Shown in pieces: positions 1-13,300 of a stretch of DNA of 64,000 nt. The notes under the pieces were generated by a model. It saw nothing but the letters and a program-made list of their open reading frames with translations. It did not search any database and had not been told where the DNA came from. The stretch spans positions 30,876,001-30,940,000 of the forward strand of contig NW_027266265.1 in NCBI RefSeq assembly GCF_022045235.1, read 5' to 3'. The stretch is from Haliotis cracherodii (taxonomy: Eukaryota). Position 1 is the stretch's first letter. Every line of letters begins with the position of its first letter. Both the position numbers and the translations under genes were made by a program.

Positions 1-148
1 AAATAATGTTCCAGAGTGAATACTATTGTCCATTCGTTTATCACGGCTTTTTATGGAACCGATTGACTCGAATCAATAAATGATACGAATGAATTGTTTG
101 TTTTTTCTCAGTTTTTGCATATTAGTATATAGTCTTCGTCATACTACA

Positions 149-310
149 CCCGTGAAGGTCCGGGTTATAGAATCGACCTTCAGTAACCCATGCTTATCGG
201 CGACTGACGGGGATCGGTTGGTCAGTCTCGCCGACTCGGATGACACGTGCCATCGGTTCCTAGTTGCACAGATCGCTGCTCATGCTGTTGATCACTGGAT
301 TGTCTTGGCA
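149..310 (+). mobile_element. SINE-like family 1 (CCCGTGAAG-headed), 3'-truncated copy
   Basis: Matches the reverse complement of the copies at 1309-1520, 2597-2796 and 56862-57102. Confidence 0.75.
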
Positions 311-1308
311 CTTATAAGTTGTCTATCTATTTTCAAAATAGCACGTTCTGAAGTAAAACTGTGCACATCATGTTACACGGTTAAAACTCAAACCGTACCG
401 CTTATTTGTCATCGCGTTAAATGGAAAAGCTAGCGTTGAAACATCAACTATGCAAGTCGGGACAGGGCTGAATAAGTGAACGCCCTCTATACAAATGGTT
501 CATAATAGTACACAGCGCGGGGTGATTCGTAATCCGGCTGCCTTCAGCGTTATAGTCAATGCAGGGTGACGTGACTACCTCGTTCTTGCGCGCTAAATGT
601 AATTAAACGACACTGCTAGCTTACTGATTGCGTAGTCTTATCTATTTTGTCTATATTTTTTTCTATACAGGTTGTCTAACGTTCGTGGTGTACAACGTGT
701 AGACCGTACAAGATGAATTTGATCCAGCTAGACGTACATTTTTTTCCCTACATTACCCGGCGTATATCGTGTTGACATAACCCGTCTCTATTGTGGTATG
801 ATGTACTTTCAACACACACCCTGCATTCATCAAACAAGGTCGCACGCTCTAGCGAGCGCTGGTTAAACGACGAGGCCACGTCAGTTGTCAAGCGCGCTCA
901 ATTCAAACTGGGCTGACGGGTACGGTCTGTCTATTTAGGGTAGCACACCATACACATAGCTCTATTCAATACCCTTTACTTTTGTTTTCTTATGAATTCT
1001 TTTCTGCCTTATCAACACACACACCTTTCATCCCCCCCTCACCTGTGACGCGCTGTTGATGCATGAGTCATCCTATCCGATCACGTGACTTGGATCAACC
1101 AATCACCTTCGCATCCGTCTGGATCAACCGGATCAACCAAAAGGAGCTTCTGCGCCCTCACTATATACTACTCACCACAAAGGCAATGTATCGATTCACC
1201 ACTTGGATACCATGTGAGCCTATTTTGTTTCCTCCTTCGTGAAAAGTGATAAAAGCGACGTAAAACCATATTTACTCACCAACTCAGTTTTTCCTGAACA
1301 ATATATAT

Positions 1309-1520
1309 ATTTGTTTGTTGTTTAACGCCGCAATTTTCCAGCTATATGACGGCGGCCTGTAAATAATCGAGGCTAGACCAGACAATCCAGTGACTGATAA
1401 CATGAGCATCGACGCAATTGGGAAACGATGACATGCATCAACCAAGCCTGACCACCCGATCCCGTTAGTCGCATCATACGATAAACATTAGACCAATTCT
1501 AACCCGGATCTTCACGGGTC
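1309..1520 (-). mobile_element. SINE-like family 1 copy with target-site duplication
   Basis: Flanked by GAACAATATATAT at 1296-1308 and 1521-1533; (AAAC)n-type tail; 5' end GACCCGTGAAG. Confidence 0.85.
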
Positions 1521-2596
1521 GAACAATATATATGATACTTGTTGACATGTAACTTTCATTAATATAATGTCATAATACGCTCTCCCAATCATTCGAAGTG
1601 ATTTGGATAACATGTAATGTGTATTTGCGCCACTAATTATTAACATCACAGATAACAATATAAAAGTTAAACACACTGCGTTTGAAAATATGGAACTACA
1701 TCATATATCAGCATAAGGTTGTTATGAATTACAATGGATATGACCGATATATATGAAACATATTATTTACAGGCCGTTGTCATATACTAGAATCTGAAGT
1801 ATTGTTCGGCGCGATGTTAAAAAAACACTGGCTGGTAAATATTTACTTTATGTGGCTGCCACTATACATAATGACATTACTACACACGGGGCCTACCTAG
1901 CAGAAGGGTATGTGTATGTTAGATCAAATTGCATTAGCTCAGGTAACCATGTTTACTCGATGCATTTTAACTCACAAAAGGGTTCAAACAGATGTTTATG
2001 TACATGTGGGTTTGTGTCACATCACAGAAGAAGGGGATAAATAATAAGGATAATAATAACAATAACAGTCCATTTGTTTTTGTCCATTTCCCATGCTAGT
2101 ATCATGCTAAAAGCGCACTATATGACTGTGCACTAATCATGTACTGACATAAATATTACTTTTTGAGCTGAGTGTCTTAACATATATTCCTAAATACTAG
2201 GAAGATACCATTGCCATAAGCTCTTAAATACTTGTAATAATAAATTGATATAATTCGTAACATATGTGTATACAGAGGGCGAGGGACTTCCGCCGAAGAG
2301 TCAAGTTTTGGTCGTTACATGGGTACAATGTGTGAGGTCAAAATTTAATACAGACATATTGCTTGAATCCTGCGAAAATAGGCGTAAAATCATACTCAAC
2401 CACTTAATCATTTATTACGCACGATATTGACAAACTTGACTTTTCTGAAAGTAAATCACATTCCAAATTATATTCACATTCAAAATGAACATTAGCTACT
2501 CAAGTGAATGAGTTAGTTTGGTTTAACGCCGTTAGTTTGGTTAAAGCGATGAAGGTCTTCGATTGTATCACTGTGATGAAACCCACGAGCTCTGGT

Positions 2597-2796
2597 TGGT
2601 TGGTTGGTTTGTTGTTTAACGCCGCACTCACTCAATCCAGTGATTGATATCATGAGCATCGATCAACCATCAACATCAAACAAGTTAGCGAGCCTGACCA
2701 CCCGATCCCGTTAGTCGCCTCATACGACAAGCATAGCCGCCTTTTACGGCAAGCATGGGTTACTGAAGACCTATTCTACCCCGGATCTTCACGGGT
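2597..2796 (-). mobile_element. SINE-like family 1 copy with 14-bp target-site duplication
   Basis: CCACGAGCTCTGGT at 2583-2596 and 2797-2810; the head hairpin is internally duplicated. Confidence 0.88.
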
Positions 2797-3935
2797 CCAC
2801 GAGCTCTGGTGTTGTGCTGACATGGCAAGAGACACAGTCGCGACCTATATGGTATTCAGACTCACAAACATGGGTTTTCTGGTATTCCTGAACGCTTTTC
2901 AGACAACGGGGCGACACATTCCCCCGCCACCTATCCAGTGTGTATTAGTATTTGATAGTAGAGTGACGACGTCAGAAATAGTGATTAAATTAATCCTATT
3001 ATTTCGCCCTTTACAACAATCATCTTTAATAAATCATTTCTTGCTGACATGACAGTTTTCTATGTCAATACCAAAGATCCAGATCAACTTTACTCACGGA
3101 TGAGTTATGTATTCGAATCCTTATGTACACAGTATAAGCAAGTTAAACAAGACCCTCACCGCCACTGTGTGACAGCATTGTATTATAGTTTCATGCATTG
3201 GTGGGTCTAACTCTTCACTGTAAGTATACGAACTTCTAAAAACTTCACCTTACACTTGTTTAAACTGAAAAACAACCCCTATGCAATAAATGGATGATTT
3301 TCATGTTTCAGTGCAAAGTTTCCTCCTCAGTGGCAACACGTGCTTAGCCTTACCAAACTCAACGGATTCAAAATGTGATTTGGTAGACACGCAGACCAAA
3401 AAAATCCTTATTTTGGAAGACATTGTGTTATCTTATTGTGTTTTATCTTCAGTCTTTCATTCAACCTTTCGTATATAGTAACTTGAATTTAGAACAGTAA
3501 TTACCGTATGCCTTTGATGTCTTAACCGATTCGATATTTCGATTAATTCTTATATGTTCCCGTGTTTGTTCAGCTGAACAATTTGTTGTAACGAGTGCTG
3601 CCGGTGGGCAAGGATATGCACACCTTTTCGCAAAAGCCTGATATCACCACTATGGCTATTTGATAATGATTCATAAACACATAATCATGATAAAATCGGA
3701 ATCGTACAATGTACTCTGCTTCTCAGCAGATTTTAAGCAGATAAATTCATCAACAAAACGCTATTTATGCCACAGCATGAAACCTTCCGGATACTTTCAC
3801 ATTTTGGATCCGGAATGTTTCTGGTCCGGATACCTTCCGGGTACCTTCCAAACAAAACGTGTTTAATAATCTAGTGTATGTCGGCTTTAACTGTTGGCCT
3901 CCCTTGTTAAGTTTCCACCTTTGTGATCTTATTAC

Positions 3936-4100
3936 CTTTGTTTGTGTGTTGTTTAACGCCGCACTCAGTAATATTCCAGCTATATGACATCGTAAACATC
4001 GATCCACGCAATTGGGATACGATGACATGCATCAACCAAGTTAGCGAGCCTGACCAACCGATCCCGTTAGTCGCCTTTTACGGCAAGCATCTTCACAGGG
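3936..4100 (-). mobile_element. SINE-like family 1, internally deleted copy
   Basis: gtttaacgccgcactcag...gatcccgttagtcgcc matches the family. Confidence 0.75.
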
Positions 4101-4342
4101 CGTATTACCTTTGTTGATCTTCCAAGTACATATATATGTTCTCTGCTTCATAACATTTATTCACCTGATGAAGGAGTAAGTATATACCCATATATATGCC
4201 ATAAGAACTGAGAGCATCGGTAGAGAGAGCAAGTTTATTTATGCTTGCCCGCGTCTGTTTGATAGCAGATAAACGTAAATAACCTCACATATCCTAATTT
4301 TCAGGTGTTTGGATTGTCGTTTTGAGTAGAGCTCGTTTCACG

Positions 4343-7300
4343 ATGCCGGAGACTGCAGGGTTATCCGTGGAGGACAATTTGAAAGAGGAGGGGGAAGATA
4401 GGTCGAAGAGGGAAACTTGGGCTGAGAAGAGAGAGTATATTTTGTCCATGCTTGGCTACAGTGTTGGATTTGGTTCGCTCTGGAGATTCCCGTATCTTTG
4501 CAACAGAAACGGTGGTGGTAAGTACAATAACAATAATGTAAAAATGATCTTGAACTATTATCTTCACAGACAAATTATGCCAAGTCAAACCCAACCAGAA
4601 CTTTTAGGAGAATGTGAAGACTCTACAACACTGCAGCCTTCTGCATTACCCAGATAAACTCGATAGAGGGTTCGTTCAGATAGCCTCTCCTTGAAAACCT
4701 GAAATAGTAATATTACTCTTATTATTATCATTTAAAAAAAAAATTGATACTAAAACTGTTAGTATGTTACCATGGTCGAGGTGTATTTGTTTCACATGGT
4801 ATAATAATATTTAATGCATTGACCAGGTGCCTTCCTCATCCCATATTTCACTGCAATCATCGCATGCGGTGTTCCGTTGTTCTTCCTGGAGGTGTCCATC
4901 AGCCAGTTCTCCAGCAGGAGTGCTACTCATGTTTGGGTTCTATGTCCTTTACTTAAAGGTAACCCTGTTCTTCTTGATATTGGTTTACAATGACCCTGTT
5001 TGACATTTTACGTTCTTACCAACTGTACACGACGATGGCATTGCTCATACAACCCTAGTCAAGCCTTTACCTCTGAGTGAATGTTGTCAGAACATCTACA
5101 CCCGAGGTGGTGTCATCAACAGCAACCTTTGCGCTATTAGCCACACAAGGCGACTTAATGAATCAGGTCCAGACTCGGTGACTTTGTATATTGCATGTCA
5201 TTGTTCTCCAACGGCGTGTGATGCTGCTCATATCAACCACTGTTTTTTCCAGATTTTGTCCAGAATCAATTATTTACAGGCCGTCAGCTCATAGCTGAAA
5301 TATTGTGGCGTTAAAAAACAAACGAACAAAGCTCGAGGCATGGGATTTTGGATGTATTTGTCCAAACCTGAATTGATGTTATTGAACTGTAAGAGCATTA
5401 TTGTAAAACTTTAAAACCTCATTAAGGAATATGGAGATTTCTGATACACACAGAAGAAAAACTGAAAGTCAAATGAATAAGTTGCACAGTTCAGTTTTTT
5501 GCAGGGATTATGGACGTGCCGTGCCACAAGAGTGTAGGTATTGCTTGGCGGAGTTGTATGTGCTGAATAGATATGAATATGTAAGAAGTGACAGTAACTT
5601 GACACAAAGTACACAGTGGGAGTCCTCAAGTGTTAAGTCCCACATATTCGTGATACAAGCATCTTGAAAATATAACGTCAACGACAGAAAATAATCTCGA
5701 GTCTCGATTATATGCCGAAACAGATACTATTGGGCCTATAAGGCAGAATAGTAATGGCAACTTTATGAATGGATCACTGAAAACCAGTGGTCACACCATG
5801 TGTTCCTGTTGTCCTTCTATATTGTTTGCAACGACGTTTCACGGCTACATTCTCGACCCTTCATTTGGTTACTACTGAGTAAGCATATCGAGTTAACATA
5901 CGTAAATTATGATATGTTTATCCAAGATAGGATTAATGTACAAAGATGACAATATAACGAGGAAGCCAGTAGCGATTATGGAGAATTTTGCTTCGTTGTC
6001 AGCCAGTATCGTGGTCATCATTTTTGATGAGGTGTTCCATGTCATATTTGGCAACAGAGATCCTGTGTTCTAATCTGGTGGCTACAGGGCATGAAGTCAC
6101 TCAAATGTATGTCTCCACAGTTACACACACACACACACACACACACACGCATTTCCTGAATGCACCAAAACCTTCCACCCAAAGGCATTATTGAACCAAA
6201 TGACATCTGACCGTACCAATGTATCTATATTCATATCAGATCCCTCTAGCATCCTCAATAACAGGACTCCATGTCATACGACTTCCGGTGTGGGAAAAGA
6301 TATATCTAACATGTCTGATGCAGTACGACAGAGGGTGCACAGTTTCAGTTCGAGCTACTTTAAGAACACTTTTATATGCACTTCCCCTTGAAAACAACTT
6401 AAAACAGAAACTCACATATCTAACAAATTTATATGCAGTTTCATTTTAATGGCATCACTTCTGATTGCAAAGTTAATCACATCGAACAGCAGACATTCCG
6501 GGGATAACGTTATACATATAGTATATAGTATACCCAAGACACGAAATTTAATATTTTCAGCTATGCCTTTTCTTACTTACTTTTGTTGTTTCAGGAATTG
6601 GCATCTCCCAATTGCTAACAAGCATAATTGGAATTATGCCGTACGCTCTCATAACGGCTTGGGCAATATACTATCTGGGTCAATCCTTCAGGTCTTTATT
6701 GCCCTGGACAACGTGTGACAACTGGTGGAATACCCCAGTGTGTATCAATAAGGTAACCAATGGCTCATCTGCCGTCTACTTCAACAGCACTGTGGAACAA
6801 CAACTTCTGCACAACGCCGTATGGAGAAAGCCTAACACGACATTGACGGCGTCGGAGGAGTTTTGGCAGTAGGTTTTCTAATATATACTAACGACAAAAC
6901 GTAACTGTGCTTCATATACAGTTCAATAAAAATATATCTATTCAGAAATTAAAAAAATGCATCTTTAACATATTCCTGAAGACATCTCCTCGACTTTAAG
7001 GTCGTGAGTCACAGTTTACATGTGCATGTTGATGCATGGCTCACAATTTGGATGTTTGCGTGTTTGTTGGGAGCATGATACTCGCACACGTGGCATCTTT
7101 AATGTGAACAGCACATAATGTTTGTTTATCTATCAGAGGCTCATAAAACACTTAACCATAAATAACGCTTACGCAATGCCACAGCTTGCTGAAAAACAAA
7201 GCAGGGCAACACCCATGACTTTCCACGGACATGCCGTCCAAGACAACCATATTCGGTAGGTGCATCTACGGAATCGATACCAAACAGCCACTTAAACAGC

Positions 7301-10300
7301 TCGGACCAATCAGGGTTGAGACCTATTAGTGGCAGAACCGTATGAATCCGAACATCCGGCCCCAATGTTCAGCGATATGCCAAATTTTGCTTCCAATTTG
7401 CATGGTGTACACAGCACCTGAAGTTCAGAAAAGCAAAACTGAGACACTATACTGTTCACAGGTGAGTCTAGGTTTCATCCGGACAGCTCTGACGATCGTA
7501 CAAAGCTGCACAGGCTTTCGTGCACTTTCGTCAATACATTTGTTATGATAACACATTGTTAAGAGGAATGACAGAATATGATGTTATTTTCAATAGCATA
7601 CATTTTCTCCTCTTTATAAGAAGCACAGTTACTATTTTCCGTTAGTATACATACTAAATCTACTATTGTAAACCATTGACCAAGCTACAGCTACGTGTAA
7701 ACCTGATTACTACAGGGCTAAACATTGTTCGAAATATACTTATACTCCTGTGAGCCTCAAGTTTATTTAATGAGTTCATGATAAATTCAGTATTCTTATC
7801 AGATCTTTGTGTGTTATAGAATGCTTCCAATGTACTGACATGTATACTCTCTGCCTGTCTTGCAAGGTTCAACGCCCTTCGAGTGTCAACTGGGATCAAC
7901 GATTTTGGGTCGGTGCAGCCACACATGCTTCTTAGTCTCCTGTGTTCATGGACTTTAGTGTTTCTGTGCTTGATGAAAGGTGTGCGGTCTGTAGGGAAGG
8001 TGGGTAACGAGACCACTTAAAGGCTGATTGTCTGGTACCGAACAAATGTCAACGTGTGACTGATTTAGGTTTGGCTGATTGTTGGAACATCGAAGACATT
8101 ATCATTCCTGCAACACGGCAACATAATCGTTTTCTTCCTTTCGTGAAATACTAGCAATTCTGTGGAAAGGAATTGGGGGTAATCTTAGTAATTCAAGTAT
8201 GATTTGGAGGTTATATTGCATTTTGATACATGCAGGTGAAGATCGGGTGGCAAGCATACTATCAGTGTACATGTTCTGATCGAAATTCCTTGCAGGATGG
8301 CAAGCAAATCGAGAGGTGTACGTGTTTTGCATCATGTGCCATAAGATTCTGGCTGTTTACGTCGTTTGCATCAGGTGCCTTAAAGGATGACAAGCATATG
8401 GACAAATATATGTGTTTTGCATCAGGTGCATGTGGAATGGCAAGCTTAAGGTTTTAGAGGTCTCTTGCATATGGAGAGGTGAACATCTTCTATATCACTG
8501 GCGGCTTGTTGGATGGCTAATATAATGTTTCTGCATCAGTTGCCTCGTAGAGTGGTGGATAATACAGTTCTGGAGCATATATATCCTCCCCCAAGAGACT
8601 CTTAGGATGACGGGAATATATCACGAAGGGTGTCTGTGTGTGTATTCTGCCCCTTGTAACGTCTGTTTGTTAGTACTGTTTTGCACAAGGTATTATTTTG
8701 TGAATAAACATTGGTACAGGTATAATTTGCCCGTAAAATCCCAATAACGGATTTTGTGTAGAAAAAAGGATAGTTGGTATGTGAATTTCACGTGGGCGCT
8801 ATAAATATCTTTCATAGGTTGTGTACGTGACCGCTGTGATGCCGTACATTCTCCTGACGGTGTTACTGGTAAGGTCGTGCATGATGCCGGGATCTGGCGA
8901 TGGACTTCTTTATTTCCTTCGTCCCGATTTCTCACGACTTGGATCAGTTCAGGTAAGATATTGTTGGAGGACATTGAACATGATATTTATTACCAACTGC
9001 GCTCTTTCCGTTTACTGTTGTTCTTCAATTAACATGGTATCACACATAAATCTTTGTGTCGTTATGAGAGCATGTGAGGCATGTGGAATCCTGTCAACTA
9101 CAATGTATTTTGTTAACTACAAGTCATTACATCGTGCTTTCAACGGTTACTATAGGACCTCATTATATTTACTACGCGTGGAAATATATAAATGAACGCG
9201 AGAAATTCGAACCATAATCATACGAATTCTCTGCTCAAAGCAGAGGATTTGTGGAGGAAACGAAAAGAGGAAACCTCATTATTGCGAAATATTGCTACGA
9301 TTACATTTCATAAGCGGTATACATTTTGAAATCGAATTAGTACAGGTAAAATGTTCACAAAACATGAAACCAAATATCAGAATAACCTATTTTAAACCCT
9401 TATTGGAAATCTGATTTGAGACACATGCCAATATTAAGCACTGTCTATCATACACGTCCATCCTCTTAAAGTACAAGTTTGGACCAAGAACTGAAAGAAT
9501 TAGCACCCTTTGCCATAGCAGCAGACCATCAATACTTCCCTGTATGTTTTCATGGCAGGTATGGCTTGAAGCTCTCCTACAAGCCTTTTATTCCATGGGC
9601 CCAACGTTCGGCACACTCATCACTATCAGCAGCTACAACAAATTCCATAACAACTGTCTCAGGTGATATTCGAAAAAATGGAAATATTTTTCTTAAGTCA
9701 CCACAATGTGCATCTGTTTATATGTTATGTGTCGATATGTACTAAATATACGCCATCCTTCTTATCGTATGATATAACGCATATTAATATATTTTAGAGA
9801 CGTGGCACTGTTGACCATCCTTGGAGAAGCCAGCAGTATATTTTGCGGATTGGTAGTCTTCTCTACCATAGGATTCATGGCTCACGAGGCTCAAATACCT
9901 ATATCGGAGGTAGTATCGTCAGGTCAGTGGATTATGTATAGCGATACAGTGTACACTTTATTTTACAATTTGCTGTAGTGGATAGTGCAATGGTGACTGC
10001 GAAGTAATTTGTAAAAATAAGGGATGTTAACATGGATTTGAACATAACACAGGGCAGGATTTCGAGTCTTTATGTCATATAATAGGCAAACCCCAAATAC
10101 ATCCCCATTATAACATACCTATGTGAGTGAAGCATATTCTAAATAAATATTGTGGTGTAGTTATTTTAGACAATAATAATCTCAAACTTTGGACGTGGAT
10201 ACGTAGATATTTATAGTATTGTATTATTTTTTATGTTTATAATTTAGACTTACCTAAAACTATTTTCCTATAAAAGTTACTAAATGTAAAGGTCTTATTT

Positions 10301-13300
10301 CCCTACTGACAGGAGCAGGACTTGGTTTTATCATCTACCCTGAAGCTATAGCCCAGCTACCCTTGCCTCAACTGTGGTCAGTGCTATTTTTCCTCACACT
10401 GCTGTCTTTGGGGATAGACACACTGGTGAATAAAGGTTCCCTCAACATTATTCATATTTCTTCATTTTGTAATTTCTTGCATATGTTGAGGGTAAATGTT
10501 CTACTTGTCACAACACTATCATTCAAATTCACTAACGTTAATTCACTTATGTTTGTGTGTGTTTGCTTCAGGGTGAACTTCACAGTATGTTCTTAATTGA
10601 CTGTTACCCATCCGCAAATATTGCTTGTTTAATACTTGTTTAACTCAGCAATTAGCAATATACCAGCCATTTGACGTCGATCTGTAAAATAATCGAGTCT
10701 GGACCAAACAAACGAGAGAATGGCATTGTAAGCAAAGGTAAACGCCGTCTGAGTACGATGACACGTCTTAAACCAAACCACCGAGCCTGATTAACCTGTT
10801 CATTAAGTTGTCTCTTACGACCAGAGACCTATTATGAGCCGGAATTTCCACAGGTCCTCAATTGCGTTGCCTTTGATGACTAGCAGTGGAGTGCTGGGGA
10901 CACATTCAACCCCGGATCTATACGGGGCAATCACATGGACTCAAAATGAATATCATTATCTATACCGTTTCACCCTTTCGCACTTCTGGGAAGCCTAAAT
11001 GTTACATGATGTTACAGGCGCCACACTTTTGTCCACTTGGTACCTTGTCAACGCTAATGTACGGAAGTGTATGTGTCCACACTGTCACTTAATCATAATC
11101 ATTTATCAGGAAATAAAAGCCATGGAATGCATGCTCATTCAAACGTTTTGAGTGGCTGCTAATTTCGAAACTTTCATCCTTTGAATATAGACCTCTATTA
11201 ATATTTATTCATGAATGTTAATGAGCATTCCCAAACGAGGCTTATCCCACATTCAACAACTATGGCGGCAAAACAAATTCCCGGAAGCGACGTCAATCGC
11301 GTACCGCACACCACCTTTGCATAGATGGAGAACTTTGTCCACGATAACGCCAGGAGTTCGGGAACTTCTCAACTGAACAATGGATCAAATACTACAGCGA
11401 GGGTTTCATATCCAGTCTGAAGGGTAAGTTTTCCATTCATGTCTACCAATTTGACGATCACTTTACTTTGACTGGTCACAATGACCACGTTAGATTCATA
11501 TGCTTGCAAGTGCTGATACTTACATGAACTCAAAGACGTATATTAAATATTATTATGGTCAATTGTAAGTTGTAACATATTCAAAAATTCAAAGTCCTAT
11601 ACATATCACGAGTACCGGCTTCCCTGCATGTTGAAGGTCACACAGCGCACAGTTACCCTTGCATGCATGACGAAGTATACTGAGTTGATGATTAAAACAA
11701 AATTATGTCAACTGTACCCTTAAATTAAAGGTATCACAAGAATATACTTCTGCGCAAAATATATCGATATCATCAAAATCAGGTAATATGATACCTCCTG
11801 CAATATCACCCACACGGCATAGCTGGACCATGTAGAGCACCAGTGCCTGTCAGCCTCCATTAGACCACATGGTTTAAATTAAAGCTGATGGTCAGCACAG
11901 AGTAAGAGTGAGTGAGTGAGTGAGTGGGTGAGTGAGTGAGTGAGTGAGTGAGTGAGTGAGTGAGTGAGTGAGTTGGGTTTAACGCTTTTAACATTATTCC
12001 ACTTATATCACGGCGTGCCAGCTTAATGTGGGATGAAGGCCCGAAGTGATGCAGGTCTTAGACGTTTACCACTTCGGTGAAACCCACGACCATGGGTATG
12101 GTGCTGACAAACCTAGAAACATAATCGGGGTGAACCGGGATTCGAACCCACAACCATAGGTTTCTGGCGTGTCACAGCGAATCGCGGTGCCTTAGACGAC
12201 TGGGCCACCAGTGCCCCCTTCACAGAGGGCAATAATAGGGGTCTAATTTGGCAATGGAAAAATAGAAAAGTTCCTGAGAAAACAACGTGTATATAAACAA
12301 ACACAGCTGGAACAAATGGGAACCTCATCAAAACAGGAACCAATCCTGGAAACTATTAACTAATATTAGAATTGATGTATCTTGATCCTGAGAAGCTAAC
12401 TAACCACTTCAGGAATATTTACAAAACTAAAACAAAGAGATAAGCATATGTGACAGTCTTAAAAAACAAATAACATCTCATGGAATTCTCACTTTAATAA
12501 AACAATTCAAAGTCCAGGCGAAGAGGAATTAAGGAATTAACTTATCAAATCAATAAATTGTACATTGATAGACCAGTTGGTTAATGTCGAAATAGTAGTT
12601 ACTTCCCATAGAGCTTAGTCATGAGCCATGACTGTGGAACATATATATTTTATGAAAAAAAGAAAAAATCTAGATATGTATACAAAAGCAATTCTAGCCA
12701 GCTCCTGTATCACAAGATCAATGTCAGTCTGGATTTAGAAGGGGATACCGAACATCAGATAATATGTTTGTTCTTGGAACATTTATATATTCTACAAAAA
12801 GTAAACAGAAAAGAATATACAGTTGATTCAGTTGACAGATCACTACTCCTAACAAAGATATTATCAAATAAAATCTGAGAAATGTACTAAACATAATATT
12901 ATCACTATATAATGATAATGATATCTCTGATGAAGTGAAAACCGACAAGGGCATTTCACAATCCTTTAACTCCAACATCAAGATAAGACAAGGATGCATT
13001 TTGTCTCCCACATTATTTAATATATTGAAAGTTATAGTATAACACTGTTGTTTGTCAATGAATAAGTACTATTTACCGATTCAAAAAAAAACCACCACAA
13101 GTTGAATGGTCAGTATATTTTGAGCAACAAATTAACTAAAGATAAATGGTAACAAAATAAATTTTGGTGATACAAAAAAACTAGTTACGGATAGATATAA
13201 TTACTTAGGAATTGCATTTGAAGCTAGTGGCAAATTTAAAAATAGTGCTAAACCTCTCCTGAAAAAGGCCCTAAAGGACTACCACAATCTTCAGTCTCCA

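Noticed and set aside
4160-4200. CTGATGA hammerhead-like cores (also 12927, 57625 and a degenerate minus-strand one at about 5830-5875)
   Set aside because: No complete CUGAUGA...GAAA...UH with supporting stems. The 12927 site lies in LINE RT coding sequence; the 5830-5875 site has a mutated core and is at most a dead Penelope-type relic.
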